Shown here: positions 37,922 to 56,699 of the stretch, in pieces
Layout: every line of letters begins with the position of its first letter
How positions within the stretch are numbered: the first letter of the stretch is position 1
Source of the DNA: Zygnema circumcarinatum SAG 698-1b
Taxonomy: Eukaryota > Plantae > Zygnematophyceae
NCBI GenBank assembly: GCA_037447605.1
Contig: CM074809.1
Coordinates: forward strand, 2,222,689-2,286,688
Length of the DNA: 64,000 nt
Reading direction: 5' to 3'
Translations under genes and position numbers: made by a program
The notes under the pieces: model-generated
Told to the model about the DNA's origin: nothing
Database searches by the model: none
The model's input: the letters and a program-made list of their open reading frames with translations, nothing else

Positions 37922-39667
37922 GACTTCCATTCACATGCAAAAACTTGCGTTTTCAAACCAACATTGCGTTCATGGACGACGTGTACGCGCATGCTCGCAA
38001 GTGTTTCCATCCGCGCACGTTGTCGGCGGTTCTGCGCTGACGCAAACAAACCGGTCCGTCTGACCGCGATCGATCCAAAAGGATCAAACGCCACGGAAGA
38101 TGAGATTCTGCATTGGCGATTCGCTCGCCGTACGCAAAACCGCCGTCGCGATTGCCGTCCGTCCGTCCGCCCGTCCGTCCGTGTCCGCCCAGTGCGGCAG
38201 TCTGCGGTCTGCTCGGGTCGCCTCTCGCCGACCAGGCAGGCAGCACGTGGCGCACCACGAGCGGTCCACGTCGGACGAGCGCAGGCCGGCCCTCCCCTCC
38301 CCTCCCGTTGATGGCGCCCCGGCGGCCGCCTCCGCCAGTTGGCACTCGGCACTTGGCAGCCCCTCCCCCCCCTCTCCGTCCCTCTCCCGCTTTGAACTCG
38401 TGTCTCGCGTGCGTGCGAACAGTAAAGAACCAGGTCCGCTTCCGCACGTGGGAACGCCTGGCGACGGCCGACGGGGCGAGGCCGCGCCGGCCGGGCGGGC
38501 GGTGACGCTGGTTCCTCGCCTCCCTCCCTCCTTCCCTCCCTGCGGGCGGGCGGGCGGGCGCCGCCAGCGAGCGAGCCAGCGAGGCAGCCAGCGCGATCTG
38601 CGGCGGAGTGGGCGGGCGGGCGCGAACCGGCCCGGCCCTGCTCTGCCGCGGGATGCAGCCGCCCAGGCAGCGCCCCGTTCGCGCCCGCCACGTGGCAGGC
38701 CCTCGCTGCTCACAGGCCTGTAGGCTGGGCCTCGCGGGAGGGGGGAGGGAGGGAGAGGGAGAGAGAGAGCTAGGCGAGCGAGAGTGGGAGAGTGGGGGAA
38801 GGGGGGGGGGAAACGGAAGCACCTCTCAGGAGACATTGGCACGCGACGCTTGCTGTTGGAAACTTCCTGCGGGCGGAGTTTCCTGCACCTGGCTCTGTAA
38901 CAGCTGGATATTGAGTCGCGTGCTACGGAGAGATGCTGAAGCAGGAGCGGTGATTCTTCATGGATTTTAGTATGGGCGGAGATGGCAGGAGGAGCGCGCT
39001 TGTCCCTTTGGCATGGGCATTGTAGCAAGGAGGAATCGAGTGGACTTAGAGGTTTTTCCGTCCACAGCTTTGAAAGGGCTCGATTGAATCCAACGGTTAG
39101 CTTGGTAGGGAAGGACTCATCTCCTGCCGATTTAGAGGGCGAAGACCTTTTTGTTTGCCATTCAGTTTAGAAGGTTCCGAGCTTTCAAACGGACACATCT
39201 TTCGTACAATTAGCTCTGTAAAGGCTTTGTAGTAACACCTATCAAGGCAGGCAGGTGGTAGGGGTGTCACTTGCTATGGATGATCTATAATTATTTTTTC
39301 GGCTGTTTTATTTTCCGATTTTGGAGTTGCTTTAAAACTTCGTTGTTAAGGAGGTGCACTCGTCAACCAGGCGGACAGATTTATTCGCGCTTTTAGGTCA
39401 GAATTTTGATCTCCTGTTGTTTCAAGTTACAATCAGGCATCGAAGTACTCGACTTTCCGACTCTCGCTCTGACTTTTCAAATCAAACGCTCAGTTATCCT
39501 TCTGCGCTTTGTTTTCTCCAAAGCATGGGGGGGTGATTGCACTCTCTCTAGACATTAATACTCGATCTTACAAATCTGCATCAGGTGCAGGAGAATATCT
39601 TGCAGCTACCGTACTGTGCTGCATGGACTAAGAACTTGATACAGGCTCGCTGGGGTTGCTTGGAGCC

Positions 39668-42600
39668 ATGCGAACCTTTCGTGGGCAACCCGGAGACCGT
39701 GATATCGAGCAGGTGCGCCTATTACGTATCATGACTTTGCTTAATGATTCAATGGGTATCATAGTAAAGATAATGAAGGAAGAGGTGCGATTAAAGTTGC
39801 CCAGGAATGGAGAAACCATGCAAACAAACGGGAGATTTTTCATAGACCAGGCATGTCACATGGGTGACAATATTGAAAGATAACCATAGAAGTGAGGATG
39901 TTCTAGGGCCGTAACCAAGTGCTAAGCCATCAAGTAGTGGGTCAAGGTCTTGGAAGAAGTCAAGAAGGCGGTTCAATTCCAAATCTGGAACCCATTTTCT
40001 GGACAACATAGGCTGGCGTACAACATGAGTTCAAGGTAGAGGTTCTCGGATGGTACTACAGGTCTAGAAGGTGGTGCTGTTATGTCGTTTTTTAAGTTGT
40101 TGGCTTATTCTGCGGCATTCTTGTACCCTGAACGCAGGCGTTAATTGCCCTAAAAAAGGGCACAAATGTGCTCAAACATGGACGTCAAGGACGTCCGAAA
40201 ACATGTTATTTCTGGCTCTCTGCGGTCAGTAGGTCCCCTTTTGTCGTACAAGCTGTCATTTGCCGTTACGTTCGTTTCTATGGCCCCTACCTGCACCACT
40301 GATGTTACATGTTATAGCAATTTATTTTTACTTACACATACAGTTGTATATAATAGACACATTGTAACTGCAGGATGAGACTGCTGTTTGCTATCACTCC
40401 GACAAGCAAAAGAGTGTTCCACTGTCAAGTGTTACCCAAGTGGTTCGCGGCCAGATTACGGTACTACTCTTAACATAAGTCAAGTTTCTGATATTACATG
40501 TTTTGGTTGCACAGAATCAATCCAATGAAACCAGTTTTACCTCCAGCTCTTTTGACAAACGTTTGAGATGGGAATTTTGAATTCTGAAGTTTGAATGATT
40601 TTTTAATGTTTTCAATTGCATTCCTGAGAGGAATTCGCGCTTCTCTTCTTGTGGTCTGAGGGCAGGCCGTGTTCCGGCGTCACCTACAACTCGACAAAGA
40701 GCATCAATCACTGTCCCTCATCTACAATCGAGGAGAGCGTACTTTGGATATTGTAAGTGCTTGTTAATAGCACCGGTGGTTGAATGTAGGTGTTTTCTGC
40801 CGCAGCTCTAATGAGAGTAGGAGAGACGTCACTTCCTTTGATATATATAGTGGAATTTTCCTTCTGAGCTCTGCTTGTGGAAAGCATTTGGAATAATCAG
40901 TGCGTATGATTAACGCAAATTTGCGACAGGTCGACAGGTGCCCCGTCTGCTCAAGTCCTGTTAAACGAGTACAAGCATGCGTATCCCTGCAGTTTTAGTT
41001 CGACGTATCTCTCTAGTTGTGCTGACCTTCGCCCAAAAACTTTCATTTTTCTTATAGGTCACGAGTTAATATACTCAGCTTTTATACATCCACCCTTACA
41101 AATCGTATGTACCTTTTATGTTCCAGTACACATTTCCCGCGCTCGCATGTGCACTGCCAATCTGATTGGTCCATTTGATAGCGTGCCTCTGTGGGTTCGG
41201 CATGCTCTTTACATGCGCATTACAAAACTTCCTTCACAAAAGATTTCCTTGCCTACCTACATAGCTTTATATTGCACACGTTTATTCTTAGGTTTATACA
41301 TGTCTATGCATCATGGCATTTTCGCCCTTGACCACTTGCAAGTGAAGTACTCTGCATTGTTCAGAATGAAATCAATGCGCTTATGTGAACAGTTTGCAAA
41401 AAAATGTTGATGCTGCATTGGCAATCAATCTGAGGACTAAATAAGTTGAAAATTTCACATAACGTGATCCGTTTACCAAAGCGGAATAGCCAAAAGCAGC
41501 AGTAGAGGCAGCAGCAGCTTCCACCTGTACCATTAAACCTCCTTGGTGTGGTTCTCCAACCCTCGTTATGTTGACATTGGTGTTCTGAATCATCCTTGGT
41601 GACTTGCCATTCAATGTGAAGTGCAGGTCTGCCAGAGAATAGAGGAAGCAGACATATGGTGGTTAGGCCTTCAGGCACTCCTTGGCCGATTGCCTCGAGA
41701 TAAAGGGGATGGCGCAGAGCAGCAAGTTAGTCCCCTAGCTTCAGGTCCTTCTCCTTCACCGAAGGAGCTAAGCCCTAGTTTTCCCCACCTATCTCCAGTC
41801 ACATCACCTTTCAACAATTCGGTCGAACTCATGGTGTGCCCATCCCCTTACCTTCGCTGTCATCTACTCATACTGTAGCTGCAGCATGAACTTGTGAAAA
41901 ATAAATGCTGATCAGGCACATGCTCCAATGATTGCAGAGTCAGAATTCTTCCATCCCTGCAGTTCCAGTTTACATCTACGGATCAAATGGGACTTCTTCA
42001 GAGGTCTCGTTAGGAGACGTGCGTGAGGGAATGGAGTGGGAAAGTGGATCAAATGCCGACTCTCTGCGAGGCTCTTTTGGGGGTGGATCGCAAGGGGGGT
42101 CGAGTGGAGGTGGTGGTGGAGGCTCCTGGGGGGCAGATAAACCTATACCATCGCCAGACGGGTTTCTGTCAGGCCCTCTGATAAGCCGCAGCGGATTAGT
42201 TATGAGCACAGACTTAGCAGGACACGGGGCTCAACCAGGAGGGGGTGGTGGGGATGACGAGGAGGCCCTAGGCGATGTTTTCATGTGGGGAGAGGGTCTC
42301 GGGGGTGGAGCATGGGGCATGCAATCTCCTGCAAATGGATCTCGAGGAGATGCACCTTTGCCAGTTAAGCTTGAAGCTTGTGCAGTTCTTGATGTGGCAG
42401 CAATGGCATGCGGCAGCAGGCATGCTGCATTGTTGACTCGCCAGGGGGAAGTCTTCTGCTGGGGAGAAGAAAAGGGAGGCCGGCTTGGACAGGGTGTGGA
42501 CGGAGATGTGCAGCATCCTCATCTCGTGGAGGCTATGGCGTCCATTCCTGTAGATTCTGTAAGTGTTTGGCATGCGTATCGCTGAATCGTATCGTCCATT

Positions 42601-45600
42601 TAGATTAGGTTCTGAAGACGGGGATGCGGCAAATCTACGATCAGCTAACGTGAGTATGATTTGCTTTCCCAGGTAGCATGTGGGGACTACCATACATGTT
42701 CTGTTACACGAGAGGGTGAACTGTACACATGGGGAGATGGCGCTTTCTTCACTGGGGCTGCAGGCCAGGGTGCCAGTTGGAGTCCATGGCTTCCAAAACC
42801 TGTTACTGTCTTTGGAAATGAGCACCGCGTCACTCAGGTGGCTTGTGGCCCGTGGCATTCAGCCGTTGTCACAGAGATTGGGCAACTTTTCACTTTTGGA
42901 GATGGGACATTCGGCGCACTTGGCCATGGGGACAATAGGCAAGTTTCTGCTGCGTTTTAAAGAGCTGCTTCAAATCACTGAGAGGGACAGAGGGTCGAGT
43001 GGAATAGGCCCCTTTTCTCCTCCATGTATGAGAAGTTTATACTCAGCTTTTTTTAATCGATGTGAACCTGCTAGGCTGAATCATACAATTCGAGAAAGGT
43101 TCTGTCAGTGATGAGCTTTTGATAGCACGTTGCCTCACGAAGCATCGAATGCATTCCGTACATTTAAAGTGTAGCGACACGACATGTGGAGTGCAGTCCT
43201 AACGGATTACATCTGCGCTCCTTCCTATGTTGATCTTTTTTACTGACATTGGTCTTGCACGAACACAATTTTACGAGTAGATGAATTGAGGCGAACTTCT
43301 CGCTGTCGCAGGAGTATGGAGGTTCCAACAGAGGTTCAGACACTGAAGTGCCATCGAACAGTGCAGGTGGCCTGTGGAGTGTGGCACACGGCAGCAGTGG
43401 TGGACGTGCTCGTGTCTGACTCCGTGTCAGGTCGTGAGGGGACAGTATTCACTTGGGGGGATGGGGACAAAGGCTGTCTCGGGCATGGGAATGAACAAAC
43501 TCGACTATTGCCTACCCCTGTCAGTACTTTCCAGGATTTCCCCTGCACGCAGGTGGGTATGGAGAGGACGACAGAGTTGAGTGCATTTGATGTCACCCTG
43601 ATCACGTATAGTGAGACCCCTCTAAGTGAAAGCCCTCTAGGCGAAAATGGGCTTAGAAGGGTGTTGCGATTGCTCATTAGTAGAGGTAGAGAATGGAACT
43701 GCACGCTTCGTGCTTCTCGCCTGCAGGCAACAGGCCACTGACGTTGTGGGGTTCAACTAAGGCTGGCTCTATATTGAAACCCCGATAAGTTAAATGGACC
43801 CCGGTCTTGGGCTTATTGCACTTACAGGGAGCCTACTGTACTTGATCCTAAAACATGTATGATTGCACTGCTATCTGCTTGTTTTGCAGGTGGCATGCGG
43901 CCGCAACCTCACTGCAGTTTTGACGGCAACTGGGCAAGTGTACACCATGGGGCGCTCCTCGCATGGGCAGCTGGGCAGAAAAACAGCTGATGGTGCAAGG
44001 CCAGGTTCAATTCAAATCCCGCATTTCGAATCCATTTTCTTTTTTTTGCTGTATCACTGCTGTTTGAAAGGCAAGCCCTTTTCTAAGCATTGGTGGCATG
44101 TTTTGTATGGAAGGTGAGATCTTTTAGTAATGATACTGGGTGTTCGGGAGGTGGGTGAGTGCGTTCAGGGCTGGTTGAAGGAGAGTTGCAAGGTAAGCAG
44201 GTGGAGCAGATAGCTTGTGGGACGCAGCATGTAGCAGTCGTGGTTGCAGGAGCGGAGTTGTACACATGGGGGAAAGGAGAACATGGTCGATTGGGCCATG
44301 GCGACTTTGTGGATCGCAACTTTCCCACTCGCGTGGAAGCTCTGGAGGGGCGGCGAGTGCTGCAGGTAAGTGCAAAGTGAGGGATTCCAAGGGGGCCTAT
44401 TGGTGAAATGGTAGAACAGATTATGGATGGTAGCAGGCTATAGACATCGCAAGGGACTAGATTGTCTGTTTCCTTGGACTGGTTATGTCTCGGGACCCGT
44501 GACTTTTGCCTTACGTGTCGTATCTATAGGATACACTAATGCACGTTTATCACAACAAATCAAGCATTTCACAAGACCTACAACAGCGTAAAGCGCTTTT
44601 TACATCTGCTTAGGTCCTAGAATCTCTTGAACTGGTTGTTGAGTAGTTGTCAATACCATGTTCCATGACACAGTTGAGGCTTGACCATACTGCAGAACTT
44701 GTGCCATGAACTTGTTTCATGCCGACAGAAATTAACTTTACCCCTTGCTATTGAACAATGTGCTAGACAAAAGCCAATTGACAGCCTAGCAAGCGTTACA
44801 GTTCATTGTTTTTAACAAAGCATTCGGTCCTTCTGATGGAACTCCACGGAATGCTGACCTCAAAAAGGCGTGATGTCGCTTGTTCGACTATTCTAGCCAG
44901 ACAAAAATGACAGGATCAAAGGAGGTGGGCTTGTAGGTCGCTTGTGGAGCAACATTTACAGCGGCCATTTGTGCTTTGAAACGAACCTCATCCTCAGATC
45001 AGCGTGCTTGCTCCCATTGCCGCCTCCCCTTTGGCCTCACCCGCGTCCGTCACGGTTGCTACCACTGCGGCCGCCCCGTCTGCCACAGCTGCTCGAGCCG
45101 CAAGGCATTGGGGGCAGCCATGGCGCCCTCCTCCTTGAAGCCCAGCCGAGTGTGCGATAGCTGCTACTCCATGTTGTCGCAAGGATTGGCACCCACTCTT
45201 CACTCTGTGCGTCGAAGTCCAAGTGTGCCCAAATGGGCGCGGCAGTGGACCAGTGACGGCCACTTGTCAGACAGTGAGCTTCAGTTTCCTGCCTATTTGT
45301 TCACATCAACAGCTAGTAGCTAGCTAATCATTTCTAGCTCTCTGGTAGAGCTAGATGCGTGCTGCCCCTATGCATTTTGTTCTGTTTTTTCCTGAATTAT
45401 TGGTGAACTCAGACATGTGCAACGCCCTCTGTGGCAGGCTTTGATTTGGGTCGGAAAGGAGGAGAGTCGGTGGCCGTTGGAGAGAGTGGAAAACGGCGCC
45501 TTCAAGGTTCACTGAACAATGGTCTGTGGGGAACAGTTGTCATGCCGAAGTCTTTCTCTGAGTCCGGCCAGCCCCTTGTGAGCAAAGCCGGCCTTTCCAG

Positions 45601-48299
45601 GCCCAACTCAGATCCATCTTTAATTGGTGGGGCGGGGGAGAAAGGGGGAACTCAGCTGGGAAGCTCAACAGGGCGATCCCGGAAGGGAAGGAGTGGTGCT
45701 GGCAGTCCAATGCGGCGTTCATCAAGTCCTGCTCGGAGGGCAACGAGTCCCATGCGGCAAGCTGGGGGAGCAGGAGCGATATCCTCCCCTAGTAAGCAGC
45801 ATTTCTTCAACTTCTCTTTAATTTGTTTCATTAGGGCGTGTCAAACAAGATTGTTTTTCGTAAGATTGATGCTAAACCGAGTACGCTGGGGGCATCGCCA
45901 TCCCCTGCAGAAGAGTACTTTCGTAACTTTTTTTTTTCGTAGTTCTGATTAGCATTTTTTGGCACGATTTTGTTAAGTTTGACACGCCTTATTGCAATGG
46001 AGCCACTCTCAATTAAGTGAAGGCAGCATTGCAATTGGATAGATATCAGTAATTAACTGTTTTCTGAAACACTGCCCCTTGAGAGCGGGAGGGTTGATGC
46101 TGTCGCTGGCCAGTGGTGAGAGGAAAATGGATGGTGACTTCCTTTGAAATTTATGAGAATCTGGGAACCCGCAATCTTGTGGTTGTAGGTGGGTTTACTG
46201 GACAGGAGGGGGAGGTATGGGGCCTACGAAGGTCAAATCAAGCCATGGGTCATGAATTAAATAAGCTGCGCGTGTTGGTAAGGCCTGCCTCCATTCTGTT
46301 GCGTGCTTTATGCTTGGATGAAGTAAGTTTGCTACAGCTTCGCAAGTGAGGGGCTTCTGCGTCTATCCTCTACTAACTAAATCTTCGTTTCAATCAGCCA
46401 CTTTTTGGTTTGTCATTGTCTCTCATTTACTTTACAATGTGCTATTCTCGAGCGCCCCTCTTCTCGCCGCTTCTCTTCTTCTCATCTCTCAATTGTATGT
46501 CAATGAGTGCGGTGCTGCAGCTCGTGAGCGTGCTTGCTTTGTGTGCTGGCGAGAGCAGGTGGAAGAATGGCGCGAACGCTGTGAGGTTTTGGAGCGCGCT
46601 CTGCACGATCAGAAGCGCTGGGGAGACGCGCAGGCGGCGGAGGTGGAAACTGGCAATGAGCTGCTCGCAGCCCTTTCGACTCAGGTCCAATTCCTCTGCC
46701 TGTCTATACATTTAATGAGGGAAGAAACCGTTGTCTGGTCGTATTTTGACAAATAGAATGCTTGCCCCTGTCCTGGGCATGTTTCTTTCTCCCATCTGAA
46801 CATCTGCGGCAATATCTCTGAAGAGTGGCAAATTTGGTATGAGAATGTGATGCAGCTCTCCAGTGCCATTCGTATGTTGCCACCCGGCAGTTCCCGACAC
46901 GCTAAGGTTGTAGCACGGGGAGTTCCGGGAACGATTCTTTATTCAGGACCACTGCTTGTGTCTGAGCCTCTTCCGGCCTCCCTTATGGAGCTGACAGAAG
47001 GAGCGGTGATAACCTCAACCTCCACAATTGCAGAGGAGGATGGCCTTCCACATCTCATCCGCACCAGCTCACCTGGGAAGCGAGCCCTCTCACGATCAGA
47101 AACGTCAAACTCAGGCTCACTTTCCCGAGGCTTCTCTATTAGCCATCTGTGGCATCATGCAAGCCGATCGAGCAGAGAACGAAGCTCGGGACCCCTAGGC
47201 AGTGGGAAACTTTTCTCAGAAAGTGGGGACTTGCTTGCCTCAGGGAATGAAGCGATCCTTTTGGGACAACGTCGGCCATGGCCTTCAGCAGATGGAGGTA
47301 GCAAAGGAGGACCTTTTGCTTCAGTTCCTCACCATAATAATGGCAGCATGGTTGAGGGACTCGACTTGAAGGGATCTAGCGGACGACGCAATGGTCCAAG
47401 TGGTTTCCATGCAGGGTTTGCAGAGAAAAGTGGAAGGATACTTGGCGAAGGGGCCTCAGGGGGGCAGGTGCCACCCCCAGAGTCTTTTCGCAAGGGGATT
47501 TTGGGAGCACCTACATTTTCAAAGTGGAGTGCGACTCTTTGTACAGATCCGGGGGGAGAAGATGGGGATAGCAGTGAAGCCAACACCCCAAGAGAGCAAC
47601 CACCTGACCGCCCTCCTCTGCCATCATCTGAGCGGGAGCTGGAATTCTCTGGACCTCACTTGCAGACAGTGGGAAGAAATGGGGAAGGGGAGGGTGGAGC
47701 AGATCCTATTCAAGCTACTTTCAACGGTCCTGCAAGAAATGGGGACGACTCTCATGCTGGAGTCCCTGTGCCAAGTACGAAGACAGTTAACAGCGAAGAG
47801 TACGCACAGATTCCAAATTTAACGGAGAGGAGAGAGTGGGTAGAGCATCCTGAGGAGGGGGTTCACCTCACACTCACACCGCATGCAATAGAGGGCTTCC
47901 ACGAGCTGAGGAGAGTTCAGTTCAGGTGGGTTTCTTGCCATCAGGGACGGACGAGGGACAGCAGCACTGACAAATTCTATCCGACTTTCGGAATTCGGTA
48001 GAAAAAAACTTCAATTAGTGGGTCGTCTAAAAGCTGCATCTCTGTAATAGTTTACTACTAAGCTTTAGGTTCACCTTTGAAAGTCGACACATCTCTTACC
48101 GAAAACCATAATTAACCTCGGGCATGTGGGGGTTTTTGGGAAACGCAGTGGAAAACTTTTCAATCAAACGCAGGCGGACACCTGGTGGGCGGAAAATAAG
48201 ACAAGGATACGCGAACAGTATAAAATAAGACCAGGCCGCACACGGGCTGCTGAAGTGACGCTGAGAAAGAGTGCGGAGACAGGCGGTCAGGATGCATAA
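39668..48299 (+). CDS. PH-RCC1-FYVE-BRX domain protein (PRAF/RLD family); start codon tentative
   Basis: RDIEQ|[21 protein letters not shown] (PH); several RCC1 repeats ([43 protein letters not shown]); [29 protein letters not shown]; [38 protein letters not shown]. Confidence 0.92.
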
Positions 48300-49634
48300 A
48301 AGGTGGTGCCTCCTTCAGGTTGTAAAGGGCGATAGCAGATGTGCCCCCCCCATATTTGTTGCGATCACGAATTGTGGTAAATAACGTAGTGTCTAGAAGC
48401 GGTGCGCCATGCGGAGGTCGTCTCCAAGGTAAAGGCATAATATTTATTATTGCAGCAGGCTTTGTTGGCTCCCGGGTGGCCTCCTTGTGGAGAGATGGCC
48501 GCCATTGCAGATTGCGCTCGCCGCCAGCAGCAGTAGCAGCTGAGAGGGTAGGGACGACTTCCTGAGGATTGGCAGCGTTTCCGCGAGACGAGCTTCCGTG
48601 TTTAGCGAGGGACTCATTTTGACCTAATCGGGAATTGGGAGTCCAGGACCGCACACTTGTGAAGGCAGGGCAGAGCCACAATGCCGTCCATGAATAGTTT
48701 GGCAATGAGATGAGGTCTTGCAGGCGTTCCATCTCGCTTTAAAAGTTAGCTATGTCTTTGGTTACTCTTTCGCTGATGCATCTTCGTCTTTCGTTTCCCC
48801 CCCAAACTTTCAAGAACAATTTCATTGAAGGACGCGTGATGGCTTTGCCAGAAAAGTACAAATGTGCAACCCCAACCAAACGACACGAACTACAAACCGT
48901 GCACATGTAAACTGTCTTCAAACCTTCAGCCAAAGCGGCCACTTACTAAAGTCGTCCGCACTCAACGCCGCACAAAGGCCCACAAGCAGCTTCGAAGCAG
49001 CCACCCGTGCGTCCATGGCGGGCGGGCGGGCGGGCGAGGGTGGGCAACCAGCAGGTGGCCCTCCGCTGCCCTGCCCTGCCCCTGCCGTCACCCTATCCTT
49101 CCCCGACCGACCAACCAACCGAGCGGGCGGGCCCTATCGACGGCCCCCGCGGCGCCACGTCCATCGCTTGCGCGCAACGCCACCCTTCGATCGCACGCCA
49201 CCCGCGGGCCGCCTCCGGCCACGCTGGCCGGCGGGGACCTTCTGGAAGCCTCCTCATCCGACGGCGGCACGCGGTCCAGCGCGGCCCCAGCGCGCCGTAT
49301 CCATCTCCGCCGTCCGATGCTTCCACCCGCGCGCTTTGGGCCGTCGATGGCGCACGCGGCCCGGCCGTTCCGTCGCCCTCCTCGTCCCAAAATTATCGCA
49401 CGCTTTCTCTCTCGCGGCGCCACGTGTCGCGGGCCGCGTCGCCCCCTGAAGCGCCTAGAACCCCTCCGAGGACCTCCGCCTCCTCCCTCAAATTGCAGAA
49501 AGCGGCGCTTAGTCCCAGCTGAAGTTCGTCGCTGCATTTCTAGGTTAAGCTCTGGGAGGAGAGAAGCGGGAATCAGGGTTCTTGAATTAACAGAAAGGGA
49601 GGCGTCTGCGTATTTTTTAAGTGCGGAGCTTGAG

Positions 49635-54606
<4,972 letters not shown>

Positions 54607-54971
54607 AGACGATAGGCGTAGGTTGCCCATTGATGGAGGGCCAGCCATCCATCGCAGGCCACTCAGGGAAAGTTAAACGGTCTGTGTGAGAGTGTAGGAG
54701 TAGGTTTGTACATGATTATTATGATTCAAGGAATGCTATTTTTGTGAAGAAAGGCACAATTGGTAATTGAATAAAGTTGAGTTTTACTTGGTTTTGATGT
54801 GTAAGTTAGGGGGAAAATGTTTCCAACTTTAAGTTCCGGCACTGTCACTGTCTCTTTTCTTAATGCAGCAACCATTTCAGCTCGAAAAGGAACTTCGCCA
54901 TGCTAAAAAAATGAAATTAGTGTGCTGATTTTTTATCTTCAATCTCGGATACCGGGTCTAGAGCCTGTAAT

Positions 54972-55252
54972 AGGGGGAGTCAGACCTTGACTATCGCCGG
55001 CGGAATTGAAAGATCCCGCCGGCGAAAAGGTATTAATTTCGATTGCAGAATTCGGTTCGGAAACCGCGACAGCCCCCGAACCTGTCTGTCCCGTCTGTCT
55101 GTCCCGTCCGTACTTCGAAATAGGTTACAAAAATGAGATACAGGTTAAATAAGTGTGATACAGGCTCGGCGCCCGAGCCTGTCGAACGTCCACTTTTGGC
55201 GAAAAAGGCCTGCCGGAATTGGTTTGGCGATGGACAAAGTCTGACTCCCCCT
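54972..55252 (+). mobile_element. MITE (281 bp), internal-deletion derivative of the 56120-61632 element
   Basis: TIR AGGGGGAGTCAGACCTTGAC.ATCGCC; flanked by AAT on both sides; halves match the two ends of the large element. Confidence 0.85.
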
Positions 55253-55328
55253 AATATTACACATTGGAAAATGCTGTTGACCGTGACCGGCCTCTCATTC
55301 AACTGGCATTGGGCCAGCCGATTGGCCA

Positions 55329-55347
55329 CGTGGTGTGGCGCCATTGG
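55329..55347 (-). promoter_or_regulatory. ERSE-type motif CCAAT-N9-CCACG (minus strand) in the spacer between two MITEs
   Basis: CGTGG 55329-33, 9 nt, ATTGG 55343-47. Motif match only. Confidence 0.35.
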
Positions 55348-55476
55348 CTAGCCCTGCTCCTGGTCCCTTACGCTGGTAAAGGGTTCGACGGGGGGAGCGT
55401 ATAAGGGGCGTGGGACGAATGCAAGGGGGGCATCTTGGAGTACTTGCAATCGTTCCAGAAACCAGCATTATACATT

Positions 55477-56043
55477 AGGGGGGGGTCAGACCTTGACCAT
55501 CGCCAAACCAATTTCGTAAGCCCGTCGGGCCTATTCCGCCGTGTACGGCAGGCCTTTTTCGCAAAAATGTGGCCGTCCGGCAGGTTCGGGCGCCGCGAAT
55601 TCAAGAAAATTATTATTTTACCTTCGTATCTCCGAGCCAGGTCTGACCCCCCCCTTTCGCCCCGCCGCGCTCCCTCCGCCGCCCGCCGCCCGCCGCCCGC
55701 CGCCCGCCGCCCTCCGTTTTGTCGCCACGCGCGCCTCACACGTGCGAGAGGCGCTCGCACTTGCGTGACGCGCACGGCGACAAGGCGGGGCACGATTCCT
55801 CATCGGCGGAAAGCTGGAATTTCGAAACGCAGGGCCTCCGGAGGCCCTGCGTTTCGGCGAGCGGATTTCGGCGGATTTCGGAAATTTGGGGGCATTTTTG
55901 TAACCTATTCCGTAGTACGGACGGGACATGACAGGTTCGGGGGAGCCGCGGCTTCCGAACCGAAACCTGGAAACGAAATCAATACCTTTCCGTATAGGGA
56001 ATCTTTGAATTTCGTAAGCGATGGTCAAGGTCTGACCCCCCCT
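55477..56043 (-). mobile_element. MITE (567 bp) of the same family, opposite orientation
   Basis: Same TIR; interior is the reverse complement of 61490-61632, 60370-60490 and 56120-56345; flanks ATT/AAT do not match exactly. Confidence 0.82.
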
Positions 56044-56699
56044 AATACAAGAAACTAGCCTTTTTCCCGTAATGCTTATCGTAACACGCCGAAATACATT
56101 CACTGTGAAGCTGACTATTAGGGGGAGTCAGACCTTGACCATCGCCGGCGGAATTGAAAGATTTCGCCGGCGAAAAGGTATTGATTTCGATTGCAGAATT
56201 TGGGTCGGAAACCGCGGCTCCCCCCGAACCTGTCTGTCACGTCCGTACGGAGGAATAGGTTACAAAAATGCCCCCAAATTTCAGAATTCCGCCGATGAGG
56301 AATCGTGCCCCGCCTTGTCGCCATGCGCGTCACGTTCGTGCGAGCGCCTCTCTGCCGCCGCCCGGACGCCGCGACCCGCCGCCGCGCAGAGCAGCGTTTC
56401 AGTGCTGGCACAGGTTTAGGGTTTCGCTTCCCACAGCACCAGCGCCCTCTTTCCGGCAACTGTGAGCACCACGGGAGAGCGGTGAGCGAAGACGCCAAGG
56501 CGAAGAGGTACTCCCTCTCTATTCCCCTCTGTTGCTGTCTCCCTCGTCTCTCCCTCTCTGTTCCCCCTTTCTCTCTCTCTTGCTATCTCCCTCTATCACT
56601 CTCGCCCTGTTATCTCTCCCACATTCTCCCCGCCTGTGCCACTCTGCCCCTGCCTCCTTCGGCCTGGCCCATGCCTCCCTTGTCTCCCTTGTTGCTCTT

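Noticed and set aside
39623-39631. Minimal upstream ATG-GAC-TAA in frame before the PRAF start
   Set aside because: May lie within a 5'UTR intron (AG acceptor at ~39644); cannot be called a uORF without transcript data.
55380-55440. Possible snRNA/Pol III gene (GTCCCACGCC resembles the plant USE on the minus strand)
   Set aside because: No properly spaced TATA box and no recognisable snRNA body downstream.
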